Of a DNA stretch of 32,000 nt, positions 7,914-18,096 are shown in pieces. The notes beneath the pieces are model-generated. The model worked only from the letters and a program-made list of their open reading frames with translations, had not been told where the DNA came from and made no database searches. Origin of the DNA: Desulfobacterales bacterium (GTDB lineage: Bacteria > Desulfobacterota > Desulfobacteria > Desulfobacterales > JAHEIW01); NCBI GenBank assembly GCA_050116835.1, contig JASFNW010000017.1, positions 1-32,000 on the forward strand. The letters are read 5' to 3'. The translations under genes were made by a program, and so were the position numbers. How positions within the stretch are numbered: position 1 is the first letter of the stretch; each line of letters starts with the position of its first letter.

Positions 7914-9023
7914 CTATTCCCAATTGTTTTGAATGGCATAATCAATAAGATCATTTACCATGGGTTCAGTGATTGGCGGAATTTTAAAATGAGGTAATGC
8001 GCTGTCCGTATGGGCACGATCGAAAACAGGGTTGTTTGCCAGGTGATACCGGAGGATTTGCATCTGACGCCAGACCATTCCTTCTATTTTGTTGCGCGGT
8101 TTGATAGGGACATCAGGCCCTGCAAGCTTAATTCCATTCAAATTAAATTTTCGGTGAATGAGGTCGAGGGTCCATTTATGCTGCGGAGGGTTGGGATGGG
8201 TGAGGTGAAATATTTTTCTGTGATGATCGGGATTTTCTATAATGCGAACAACTGCTCCGGCGACGTAATCCACCGGTATAATATTGGCGCTGCCATCTGG
8301 ATCTGCAGGCACCTGAATTGAAAGGTGATGTCGCTCTGAAAGTGGCGCATCACGGAGTAGTCTGTCAAGCAAATGAGCTGCTTTAAACAAAATATACCAA
8401 CCGGTAAATGATGTGCACCGTGCGGTTTGAGAATCGCCGATAATAATGCTCGGGCGGAAGATGGTTGCCTTTTCCATCCAGATTTGTTCGGCCTCCCATT
8501 TGCTTTCTTCATATACGGTGACAAAATCCGGATGTGGTTGATTTTGTTCATAAATTTTGCTGCCCCGCACCAGTCCGCAGACATAAGCGCTGCTGATCAG
8601 ATGAAAACTGAATGGCCTACGCTGCGCCAGTCCCATCAAAGCTCGGGCACTACCCAGGTTGGTTTTAAGCGGCTCCCCGTTTTCATCCAAGTGCAGCCGT
8701 GTGGAAGCCGCATTATGAAGTACAGTGTCCACTTCAGAGAGGTCCTTGTGCTGTTTACACCAAAGTTCCCATTCAGCGTCAATATCCAGCACATCGCCTT
8801 TGCACCAGAACAAACTGTTCACTGCTTTCGGGAGTCCGATAGTACTCAGAAAGCGGAGGGTTGAAAGTTTGCGTGGCTCTTTTCTGTATAGCGCCCAGAC
8901 CTTGTGGCCTCTTTGCAATAGATTAGCGAGAATATATTCGCCTAAAAATCCAGTGGCTCCGGTCAAAAATACGTTCATGGATTCATTCCAGATAGGTTCA
9001 TTGAAGCAAAGTAATCTTGACAA
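7914..9023 (-). CDS. SDR-family NAD(P)-dependent reductase, thioester-reductase / fatty-acyl-reductase-like
   Basis: It has MNVFLTGATGFLG (Rossmann fold), SSAYV...YEESK (S/YxxxK catalytic set) and a long C-terminal substrate domain. The probable true start is Met16 at 8978. It is divergent from the megasynthase gene. Confidence 0.8.
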   Translation of the reverse strand: MSRLLCFNEPIWNESMNVFLTGATGFLGEYILANLLQRGHKVWALYRKEPRKLSTLRFLSTIGLPKAVNSLFWCKGDVLDIDAEWELWCKQHKDLSEVDTVLHNAASTRLHLDENGEPLKTNLGSARALMGLAQRRPFSFHLISSAYVCGLVRGSKIYEQNQPHPDFVTVYEESKWEAEQIWMEKATIFRPSIIIGDSQTARCTSFTGWYILFKAAHLLDRLLRDAPLSERHHLSIQVPADPDGSANIIPVDYVAGAVVRIIENPDHHRKIFHLTHPNPPQHKWTLDLIHRKFNLNGIKLAGPDVPIKPRNKIEGMVWRQMQILRYHLANNPVFDRAHTDSALPHFKIPPITEPMVNDLIDYAIQNNWE

Positions 9024-9151
9024 AACATATGCTTAACCGTAAAAAAAAGTCATCTGTATCCCATCATTAGCTCCGAAACTTGACTCCGCAGGCCTTGTGC
9101 TTAAACCAAGACTGGAGTGAAAGATATTTGAATATTGTACTCGAATTATGA

Positions 9152-9182
9152 TTGACAATAAAAAACTTCCTTTTTTTATAAT
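9152..9182 (+). promoter_or_regulatory. candidate sigma-70 promoter of the megasynthase gene
   Basis: A perfect TTGACA (9152-9157) and a perfect TATAAT (9177-9182) are present, but with a long 19-bp spacer. The SD GAGGGAG lies 6 nt before the ATG at 9294. Confidence 0.4.
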
Positions 9183-9293
9183 CAAAAAAAACATTTAAGC
9201 AAGATAAGATAATTTGACCGAATCCGACCGTTCGACTCTGACTTATGAATAAAATCCCTCAAAAGGGCTTGGCAATTTAAAAGAGGGAGTCGC

Positions 9294-12200
9294 ATGAAAA
9301 CGGGTTTTAAGCAAACATTTCTTGGGTATTTATGGCCACCTTCTTCGTTCTCACCAACTGTGGCTGACCTCTGCCAGATTGCAAATACGCGCATCATTAT
9401 CGATTTATGTTCAATATCCCTTGAAGATGCAGCAATACTTCTTGCCAGAATTGAAGGCGCCCTAAATAATTTCGATTATAAAATGTCTCCCGCTCAACTA
9501 TTTGATCAATCCTTTGCTAAATGGCTGAGACAATCCGCTGTTGGACGCTTATGGGTCGAAGTCCATCCGTTCGATGGCGTGAATGTCCCCGAAGCCTGCC
9601 TGCAGCAATTATGCACACTCATGCCCAGGTTTACAATTTACCCGATTTTGGGAGACATAAATCTTTTGATGCGGGTGCCTGACAAATTTCCTCAATTTAG
9701 AGCGCTGGTATTGAAAGGATCTGAAGCGTCCGGCTTTGTCAGCGCCGAAAGCACGCAAACACTCTATTTTACTGCCAGAGAAAAAACTCGGATGTCAGAG
9801 TCCCCACCCAGTCTATTTATCTGGGGAGGCATAGCAACTGCAGAGGCTGCGTCCGCTTTCTTTGCAACCGGCGCAAAAGGAATCGTTTTTGAAAGCCTTC
9901 ACTGGTTGACTGATGCAGTTAATCTCAACGATGGGCTGCCAGATAGGATTTCAAAACTTCACCCGGATCACACCGAACTTGTCGGCTTGAATCTTCAGGT
10001 TCCCTGCCGGCTATTTAATAAAGGAAATTCCAAGGCGGTGAAGCGGTTGCAAAGGTTTTCGAGGTCCATTTGCGGCGCTGAAGTTCGCAATGAGCAACGG
10101 CGATTCTTTGCTGACCACATCACCGGGAACAGCATTCAACCGCTGGAGAGCAGTTTCGGCCGGGATGAGCTCATTCCCTTAGGGGTGGAAGCCGGCTTTT
10201 CCAGCTCATTTATAAAGGTATATGGCTGTAATACGCACGTAGCTCTCGAGAAGTTCAGAGATGAAATCAATGCGCGATCTAAAGAAGCAGAACAGAAAAA
10301 ATTCTGTTTTGTCGATAGTCCCGTTGCCAGGGAAATGGGGACTCTATATCCATTTATCCAGGGAGCCATGACATGCATAACAGACGTTCCCGAATTTGCC
10401 AAAAAGGTAGCCGATGCCGGCGGCCTTCCCACAATAGCACTGGGCACAATGAGTCAGCAGATGATCCAAAAGGCCCTGAACAACCTACAAGCTATCATTG
10501 GAGATCGACCTTATGCAGTCAATGTTGTGTGTCTTGCTGAAAACCCTTTCCTGGATGAGCAACTGCAATGGATACTGAAAACCAAGCCGCGTTTTGCGGT
10601 AATTGCAGCCGGTGATCCGATTTACGCCCGTGAAATGTTATCGGCCGGCATACAAGTTATCTATATCGCACCCAACGCTGAGCTGCTCAAACTCGCTTTC
10701 AAAGACGGCGTTCGTATGGTCATCTGCGAAGGTAATGAAGCCGGAGGCCATATCGGTGAATATACCACGTTGACCTTTGCTCAAATTTTACAGGATTTGA
10801 AAAGACGCGATAGGCATCTATTTAACGGCCGCAGATTAATTTTGGCCGGCGGTATTTGCAGCCGCGAAACCGCCTTTATGGCAGCCATGCTCGGCGCAGA
10901 TGCAATACAGATGGGAACTGCATATCTGGGCACCGAAGAAATCGTTACCACAGGAGCCCTCTCTAAGCTTTATCAGCGCATGATTATCTCAACTGGGCCC
11001 GGCGGTACCGTCATAAGCGGCGAGAGCGTCGGGCTGCGGGTAAGATCTTTGAAAACCGAAAAAATCGATGCCATTTGCTCGCTGGAAAGGGATTTCAATG
11101 CCGGTGTCGAAACAGAGGTCTCCTTTCGGGAAAAAATTGAAACACTGGGAGCGGGCAGTTTGCTGATTGCGGCCAGGTGTATGGATCCAGAAAAGGGGGA
11201 CTTTCTTGAAGAAGAGACCTGTCTGAAGCAGGGTCAGTTTATGAGCGGTGCATGTGCCGGCTCGATCCATAAGGTACAAACGATAAATAAGCTTCACCAG
11301 GATCTTGCCCAGGGTCCATGGCCGGACGACTTGCCGGTCTCAACATCATTATTCGAACATCACGATGAACAATATGCCCCGGGGAAAAAGGTAAAAAAAC
11401 AGGCAAACCAACCCAAAATTCAGCAGAAGGTGCCCCGGCGGCGGCGCTATGATCGTATTGCCGTCACCGGCATGAGCATTGTCAATTCACTCGGCAACAA
11501 TCCTCTTGAAGTCTGGGAGGCCAGCCAGACATTAAAGAGCGGTGTTGCAGAGGTGCCCCCTTCAAAATGGAACCATGCGCAATTTTATAATCCCAGACCG
11601 AGAACCCCCGAAAAAACCTACTGCAAGGTGGCCGCTTTCATGAACCTGGATATTTCCAGGAAGGAATTGGGAATCCCGCCCCAGGATTTCCGCACCATGA
11701 CAAATGCGACCAAAATCACCCTCTGGTTGGCAAAAAATGCGCTCGCAGATTCAAACATCTTGCAGTCCGACTTACCCCGTGAGCGTATCGGTGTCTTTAT
11801 TTCGCAAAATTCAGGGGAGGCCGCAGCTACGCTGCAGGATATTATTATCCGTGGCAGTACACGCCAACTTGTGTCTGCCATTAAACACACCATCCCGCTG
11901 AACTCAGATGCGGAACGAGCAATCACAGCGGCGATTACCTCCGGTCGTTTGGCCGTTGACGATACCACCCTCCTGGGACGTTTAAACTGCACCGCAGCAG
12001 GTTTTATCTGCAATACCTATGGCTTCCAGGGCCCCAGCTTTGCCGTCTCCGCTGCCTGTGCCACTTCGCTGGTCGCCCTTTTCAGTGCGTACCACATGAT
12101 CCGCAACGGAGTGCTGGACGCCGCTCTGGTCGGCGGCGCGGAGGAACTGTTGACCCCGATGCATTTTCTGGAATTTTCCGCCCTCGCTGCCCTTGCCGGC

Positions 12201-15200
12201 CTTTCGGGGGTCAGAAGACCTGCGGATCAGGTAAGCCGGCCTTTTGATGTCGGACGCGACGGAATGGTCCTTGGCGAAGGCGGCGGCATGATTGTTATCG
12301 AAAGAGAATCGACAGCGCGCAAGCGGCCTTGCGCCGTGCATGGTTTCATCACCTCGATGGGCGCCAGCAACAATCACCTGGGAATGGTCGAATCATCCCG
12401 TTTGACCCAGGAAATAGCCATTCGGGCTTCTTTTGACGATGCAGATTATGGGCCGGATGACGTCGATCTGATTGAATGCCACGCCACCTCAACCATTCAG
12501 GGTGACATTGAAGAGGTCAAAGCGCTGAGCGCACATTACCAAAGCGGTTCCGGTACCGTGCTGTCATCATTTAAATCCCAAATCGGCCATACTTTAGGAG
12601 CATCTGGAATCAACAGCCTCATCAGGGCTCTAATGGCTGCAAAATCAGGCATCTTCCCGCCAACCCTAAATTGCAACACCCCGGATCCGCAAGTCGGTCT
12701 GCTAGAAGCAGGATTTGCAGTTCATACCGTACCGGAAAAGTGGACAGTCCGTAATAGCGGCTATCGAAGATTTCAGGTGAATTCCTTCGGTTTCGGTGGT
12801 TCCAATTATGTGCTCCAAGTCGAGCAGCCGGTAGAAAGCCGCGACAATGTTCCGATTATGCAGCAGGCACAGCAGAAGGTTTTGATTAAACCCGGATTAG
12901 AAGTTTACCCTCCGCAAGGATTATCCTGCTATCGCATAAACATTGGAAATCAGCCTTACCGAATGGGAATTGCTGCCGAAAGCAAAGACGAAGTCCGGAC
13001 AATGATTAAAAATTTGACATCGGGGAAAATCGAAACGCGTTTATCTGCACGAAAAATTCGGTCTCTGGCCGGAAATGGCGTTTATCTCGGAGCAGAAGCC
13101 GGCGACACGCCACCCGTGGCTTTGGTATTCCCCGGGCAGGGGGCCCACTATGGAGGCATGGGATATGAGCTGTATCGGGATTTTCACGAAATTCGCAAAT
13201 ATATGGATCTCATGGCACAAATTGCAGATTATGATCTGTTGAAAGTACTCTTTCACCATCGCGAGGAGGATTTACAACATACCCGCTGGCAACAACCCGC
13301 CCTGTTTGTCCTGGAATATGCCATGGCTCAGTGTCTATCCTCATATGGCATCCGCCCCGCCGCTGTCGCGGGTCACAGTTTGGGAGAACTAACAGCTTTG
13401 TGCCTTGCGGGGGTTTTCACTGCGGAAGATGGATTTCGTATTGTCGACAAGCGCGCGGAATGCATGGCCAACGCCGGAAAACATCATAAAGATCCGGGTA
13501 TCATGGTGGCCACAAATGCACCTTTGGATCATATTGAAAATCAATGCCACCTATATGATGATATCTATATCACCAATATCAATTCGCCACAGCAGATCGT
13601 TTTTGGTGGTGCCAGCAAAACCTGTCGAGAATTAAGCCATGAATTGAAGAAAAACGGGTTTCGTTGCACAAAGCTGAATGTCGGCATGGCCTTCCATTCA
13701 CCATTGATGGCATGCATCCGTAAAGATCTGGAAAAGTTTATCTCCCACATCGAGTTTCATAAACCGCAGATACCCGTCATTTCAAACACCACGATGCGTC
13801 CGTATCCGGATGATCCGGATGAAATCCGCGGCATCCTGATGGCCCATCTGGAATCACCGGTTCATTGGATGCAAAACATCAAAGCGCTCCGGGACCGATT
13901 CAATATACGCTGTTTTGTAGAGGTTGGCCCTCGAGACATCCTATGTAATCTCATCACTGACACCCTACCCGATGCCCGATGCTTGCCAACCTGCCTGCCC
14001 ACAGTGGAAGCGTATTTATTTAAGACCGCGCTGGCACAACTATTCGCCGCCGGATTGCTGCCGGCCATTAAAGGCGCGGAAGGGTTCTCACTTATCGAAT
14101 CCAAACCGCCTCAGCAGCCTGCCGTAAATCATAAGATCACTGATCCGGCTTCGTTATCTAAACAGAAAACGCCACTTCAAAATTTATCTTTAATTGAAAG
14201 TATAATTCAGAGCCAGATTAACGCGTTTGTGATAGAAAGCTTCGGGCAATTTCTAAAACCCAGGATTCTCGGCATCATTCGTGATCGCGTTGATGCGAAC
14301 TTTACTGAGGCACAGCTGGATGAGGTCCTTGAGCAATCGAATTTTCAAAAGGCAGGATTGATGCCGGAATATCCTAGCCGGGATGAGGGACGTAAAGATA
14401 TATCGACGGATGCTGATGAGAGATCGTTATACAGTGACAATGGACAATCGGGCGATTTCATCGAATCTGTCATTCGAATTATTATGGAGGCCACCGGCTA
14501 CGATCGCGAAGAAATCGAACCCGAAATGAATTTACGTGAGGATCTATCCATACGCTCAAGCCGCCTTCCCGTCATTCTGGATGCCATTGAACAACAATAT
14601 GGGCAAATCGTAGATTTTCAGTCATTCGCGGAAGTCCAAACGGTAAAGGATTTGGCCGAACGTCTATCCGAAATACTTTCGAAAAAAAACGATAGATCTT
14701 CTGAAAGCCGGGTAGAACATTTGCGCGAGCAAAAACCGGTCTGTTCAGATAAACATATCGAATCAGGAGAAAAGACCGTTCCGATCAAGAGATTTCTTTT
14801 CAAAGAAATCCCCATTGCAAAAAACGAATACCGCCCTGTGCAGCTGGAACCATCAGAGAACATTGTCATCCTCTCGCAGAACCATGAGTCATTTTTAGCT
14901 TCCGAGGCGGCAACGATATTACGTCGGGATTACGGAGTTAGTCCGATTCAAATCCCATTTTTGGTACAGAAGAATTCGTCTGCCAGGGAAAATTACAACT
15001 TGTTGGCGGCTGAAGATCATCGGCCCTTTGCCGACCGTCTCAGGCAAACCGACGGGTTGGCGGGCATGGTGATTACCATGGATGATTTAATTCCAAAACA
15101 GCCTCTCGATGTTACTGACGCATCGGTGGTATGCCAGGGCTTTTTGGAAGCTGTGAAAGCATTTTTTAAATCTGCTTCAAAAAAGTTTTTCATTGTTATT

Positions 15201-17207
15201 CACCGCAGAAAACTCGACGATCGCATTAATATTATCATGGCTGAGGCCTTGCGAGGGATGCAATTAAGCCTGACTCATGAGTTGCCGGGCGTTTTGTTGC
15301 GATCAATAGAGCTTCGGGATGAAACCCCGCTGCGCATAGCGCTGAGGAAGGCATTGGATCAAAACCAACCTATTATCGAGACAATTTTTATCGACAACCA
15401 ACCGTATACCCGCGAGGCCAATGTGGCGCCCCTAAAATTTAAGGCGGGCACTGTAAATGAATTTAAAGAAGGAGATGTTGTGGTTTTCTCAGGCGGCGGC
15501 TATGGCGTCACATCTTATCTTGCCCGACCATTAATCTCCGCCGGATGTCGCATAGTATTACTGGGTAGAACCCAAATTGATATTAACTCCTCGGACAAAC
15601 GGTTAAACCAGGCCCCGGAGAATTCAAATAAAGTCATCGACACATTAGAAGCGTTCAAGCGCATGGGTGCTCACGCAATCTATTTTAGCTGCGATATCAC
15701 CGACCCTGACGCAACCCGCCGCCGTCTTTCTGAAATAAAAGAAAAGTTCGGCAGGATTGACGGCATTATCCACGGAGCCGGTGTTGTGTGCGATAAACCC
15801 GTTCATGAAATGACCGGCGATGATTTTGATCGGGTTTTCAGCGTAAAAGTTCATGGTGCTTGGAATCTGTTTAATGCAGCTGATCAACATGGTTTGAAAT
15901 GCTTTGTTTGTCTGTCATCAGCGGCTGCTGTCTTTGGCAATCACGGCCAGGTTAATTACGCGGCGGCAAACCGGGCCATGTCTGCACTGATGCCCTATTT
16001 TCAGGGAAGAAATGATTCTCTATTCTGCAAGACTCTGATTTTGCCGCCCATCGAAGGCGCCGGAATGGCCGACAAGTCTGATGTCAAAGCGATATTAAAA
16101 AGATCAGGGGTACACTACGTCACAACCGATGAACTGGCTTCGCTTTTTTCCCGTGAAATGCACTTCGGAAGTCGAGAAGATATGTCGGTAATGTATATGC
16201 GTTCGCTGCCAGCGGTAAACACTGTCAGCATGAAACCGGAAAAAGCGTTTCCAAAAAGGGAATCGATTTCTGCGGGTGCAATGGATTTTTATAAATCCGA
16301 TTTTCCAATGATCGATGGTATTCAGCAGATTGACCTTGACCGGGGAAAATTGATTGCTAAACACATTTTTTCGCATGAAAAAGATCTGTGGCTTGCCGAT
16401 CACAAGCCATTTAAGGCACTCAACCATCCCATCGTGTCGGCCATCATGGTTATTGAAACCTTCATGGAGGCCGCCAAGATTCTGTATCCTCATTTGCGCA
16501 TCAAAAGCGTCAGGAATGCAGAATTTCTGAGCATTTTATCCTGTCCCACGAATATGACACGGGCATCACAAATTATTTGCCGCTCCGTCCAATCTTACGG
16601 TCCTGAAATCGTCTGCAATCTGACATTGAAAGCACCCGGGATCGCACAAAAAGACCACATGCGGAAAAATGGTAAGGTTCACTACCGGGCCGAGCTTGTT
16701 ATGGGAATTGATCAGGCTGTTGTCGGAAATCCTACAGGGCGTTTTCCGATCAACCCGGAGGAGATTGCGACGCGGCCGATGAAAAGAGATGAAATTTTAG
16801 AAAAATATCAACAAAAAACCGACATGCAAACACGTTATCGATTAATGGAGGCATTTGACGGTTCCGGTGAAGGAGTTATCCGGGGGCATTTCATCTATAA
16901 GCAATATACGGATTTCAATAATCAGCACAAATCCAATTATCAATATTCACCATATCTTCTGGAAGCCTTGCTGCAAGCTGTCAATTTTTATATCTTCATG
17001 AAGGACGAGATGGAACAGCGTCCTATGATTCCGCGTAGCATCGGCCAGATGGTGCCGGTGCGAAAATGTCAGGAAAGTGAGATAATAACTGTGGAAGCGC
17101 GCATAGATGATCTCGACAAGGACAGAATCATCTGGAACGCACGGGCAATCGACCGAAATATGCGTCCAATCATGTACGTCGAAAAATTGGAAATGAACTG
17201 GTTTTAA
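9294..17207 (+). CDS. 2637-aa type I FAS/PKS-like megasynthase with domain order NMO-like(degenerate)-NMO-type ER-KS-AT-ACP-KR-DH (PfaD+PfaA-like)
   Basis: The ER has YPFIQGAMT, EGNEAGGH (His at 10749), LILAGGI and GADAIQMGTAYL. The KS has AACATS (Cys at 12057), ECHATST and SQIGHT. The AT has FPGQGAHY, GHSLGE (Ser at 13377) and MAFHS. The ACP has EDLSIRSSRL (Ser at 14556). The KR has FSGGGYGVT and SSAAAVFGNHGQVNYAAAN. The PS-type DH has LADHKPFKALNHP (His at 16401). Confidence 0.9.
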   Translation: MKTGFKQTFLGYLWPPSSFSPTVADLCQIANTRIIIDLCSISLEDAAILLARIEGALNNFDYKMSPAQLFDQSFAKWLRQSAVGRLWVEVHPFDGVNVPEACLQQLCTLMPRFTIYPILGDINLLMRVPDKFPQFRALVLKGSEASGFVSAESTQTLYFTAREKTRMSESPPSLFIWGGIATAEAASAFFATGAKGIVFESLHWLTDAVNLNDGLPDRISKLHPDHTELVGLNLQVPCRLFNKGNSKAVKRLQRFSRSICGAEVRNEQRRFFADHITGNSIQPLESSFGRDELIPLGVEAGFSSSFIKVYGCNTHVALEKFRDEINARSKEAEQKKFCFVDSPVAREMGTLYPFIQGAMTCITDVPEFAKKVADAGGLPTIALGTMSQQMIQKALNNLQAIIGDRPYAVNVVCLAENPFLDEQLQWILKTKPRFAVIAAGDPIYAREMLSAGIQVIYIAPNAELLKLAFKDGVRMVICEGNEAGGHIGEYTTLTFAQILQDLKRRDRHLFNGRRLILAGGICSRETAFMAAMLGADAIQMGTAYLGTEEIVTTGALSKLYQRMIISTGPGGTVISGESVGLRVRSLKTEKIDAICSLERDFNAGVETEVSFREKIETLGAGSLLIAARCMDPEKGDFLEEETCLKQGQFMSGACAGSIHKVQTINKLHQDLAQGPWPDDLPVSTSLFEHHDEQYAPGKKVKKQANQPKIQQKVPRRRRYDRIAVTGMSIVNSLGNNPLEVWEASQTLKSGVAEVPPSKWNHAQFYNPRPRTPEKTYCKVAAFMNLDISRKELGIPPQDFRTMTNATKITLWLAKNALADSNILQSDLPRERIGVFISQNSGEAAATLQDIIIRGSTRQLVSAIKHTIPLNSDAERAITAAITSGRLAVDDTTLLGRLNCTAAGFICNTYGFQGPSFAVSAACATSLVALFSAYHMIRNGVLDAALVGGAEELLTPMHFLEFSALAALAGLSGVRRPADQVSRPFDVGRDGMVLGEGGGMIVIERESTARKRPCAVHGFITSMGASNNHLGMVESSRLTQEIAIRASFDDADYGPDDVDLIECHATSTIQGDIEEVKALSAHYQSGSGTVLSSFKSQIGHTLGASGINSLIRALMAAKSGIFPPTLNCNTPDPQVGLLEAGFAVHTVPEKWTVRNSGYRRFQVNSFGFGGSNYVLQVEQPVESRDNVPIMQQAQQKVLIKPGLEVYPPQGLSCYRINIGNQPYRMGIAAESKDEVRTMIKNLTSGKIETRLSARKIRSLAGNGVYLGAEAGDTPPVALVFPGQGAHYGGMGYELYRDFHEIRKYMDLMAQIADYDLLKVLFHHREEDLQHTRWQQPALFVLEYAMAQCLSSYGIRPAAVAGHSLGELTALCLAGVFTAEDGFRIVDKRAECMANAGKHHKDPGIMVATNAPLDHIENQCHLYDDIYITNINSPQQIVFGGASKTCRELSHELKKNGFRCTKLNVGMAFHSPLMACIRKDLEKFISHIEFHKPQIPVISNTTMRPYPDDPDEIRGILMAHLESPVHWMQNIKALRDRFNIRCFVEVGPRDILCNLITDTLPDARCLPTCLPTVEAYLFKTALAQLFAAGLLPAIKGAEGFSLIESKPPQQPAVNHKITDPASLSKQKTPLQNLSLIESIIQSQINAFVIESFGQFLKPRILGIIRDRVDANFTEAQLDEVLEQSNFQKAGLMPEYPSRDEGRKDISTDADERSLYSDNGQSGDFIESVIRIIMEATGYDREEIEPEMNLREDLSIRSSRLPVILDAIEQQYGQIVDFQSFAEVQTVKDLAERLSEILSKKNDRSSESRVEHLREQKPVCSDKHIESGEKTVPIKRFLFKEIPIAKNEYRPVQLEPSENIVILSQNHESFLASEAATILRRDYGVSPIQIPFLVQKNSSARENYNLLAAEDHRPFADRLRQTDGLAGMVITMDDLIPKQPLDVTDASVVCQGFLEAVKAFFKSASKKFFIVIHRRKLDDRINIIMAEALRGMQLSLTHELPGVLLRSIELRDETPLRIALRKALDQNQPIIETIFIDNQPYTREANVAPLKFKAGTVNEFKEGDVVVFSGGGYGVTSYLARPLISAGCRIVLLGRTQIDINSSDKRLNQAPENSNKVIDTLEAFKRMGAHAIYFSCDITDPDATRRRLSEIKEKFGRIDGIIHGAGVVCDKPVHEMTGDDFDRVFSVKVHGAWNLFNAADQHGLKCFVCLSSAAAVFGNHGQVNYAAANRAMSALMPYFQGRNDSLFCKTLILPPIEGAGMADKSDVKAILKRSGVHYVTTDELASLFSREMHFGSREDMSVMYMRSLPAVNTVSMKPEKAFPKRESISAGAMDFYKSDFPMIDGIQQIDLDRGKLIAKHIFSHEKDLWLADHKPFKALNHPIVSAIMVIETFMEAAKILYPHLRIKSVRNAEFLSILSCPTNMTRASQIICRSVQSYGPEIVCNLTLKAPGIAQKDHMRKNGKVHYRAELVMGIDQAVVGNPTGRFPINPEEIATRPMKRDEILEKYQQKTDMQTRYRLMEAFDGSGEGVIRGHFIYKQYTDFNNQHKSNYQYSPYLLEALLQAVNFYIFMKDEMEQRPMIPRSIGQMVPVRKCQESEIITVEARIDDLDKDRIIWNARAIDRNMRPIMYVEKLEMNWF

Positions 17208-17253
17208 AGAGTTCGCAAGAATCCATTGTAAGCCTACAATTGAATTTAACTCA

Positions 17254-18096
17254 ATGAATGTTGACTATCAAAGCAAAATTCAGGCAAGCGGGAGAGAATC
17301 ATCCGATCGAAAAGTTTTACACAAGGAATGTTCGATGTATCTAAAGCCTGTTCATATTCCTAAAAGCCGTAAAGCCCCTTTGGCTTCGAACCAAACCCCC
17401 ACCGGGTTTTCAAAAATCAATAAAAATATCATATTCGCTTCCTGTTTATGGGACAAACTTCAGACAGCAGCAGATGCCCGCAGACAGGCCAAAAACATGC
17501 TGATTGAATTATTGTTAAAGGAGGGCAGGCATATACTGCCGTGGGCTGATAGCGGACTGAAAAAACAGAGTGCCTCCAGGCATTCAGCATTCATTGTCGT
17601 CAGCAACCGATTCGGACAGCCGCTGTTGCGAATAAACGGTAGCAGGGGTCCTTCGCTTTCCTTTGCCCATATACCGGGCAGAACCTGTGCGGCAATGTCG
17701 CTTTGCAGCGACGATGTGGGCATTGATGTTGCCAGCAGTAAGGATTTTTTCGATGGCTATCCCCTTCAACGTGTTTTCCATCAGGATGAGTTTCAAGCCA
17801 CGATGAAATTATTTGGAAGGTATGAAAACGCAGCCGCCGCTTTGTGGTCCGTTAAGGAGGCAGCGGTTAAATCTCTGGGGTGCGGTTATCGTTTTTTTGC
17901 TCCCATCGACCTAAAAGTCAGGATTGATTTCGAATTTACCGGTGAAGATAAGATTTATGTGGTTTTTTCTGATTATGCAAGGCATCGAATCGGCTTGGCG
18001 AAAAAAAAAGTCCATCGTGTACACCTTTTTCGTCGCGGCACTCTTTTTTTGTCGGTAGCTTTGGCTGGCTCATCAAAAAAATGCAAATCCAAATAA
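17254..18096 (+). CDS. 4'-phosphopantetheinyl transferase (Sfp/PfaE-like)
   Basis: VGIDV and WSVKEAAVKSLG motifs are present. The likely start is Met28 at 17335, preceded by AAGGAA. The last 6-7 codons lie inside the 18073-18166 repeat. Confidence 0.8.
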   Translation: MNVDYQSKIQASGRESSDRKVLHKECSMYLKPVHIPKSRKAPLASNQTPTGFSKINKNIIFASCLWDKLQTAADARRQAKNMLIELLLKEGRHILPWADSGLKKQSASRHSAFIVVSNRFGQPLLRINGSRGPSLSFAHIPGRTCAAMSLCSDDVGIDVASSKDFFDGYPLQRVFHQDEFQATMKLFGRYENAAAALWSVKEAAVKSLGCGYRFFAPIDLKVRIDFEFTGEDKIYVVFSDYARHRIGLAKKKVHRVHLFRRGTLFLSVALAGSSKKCKSK

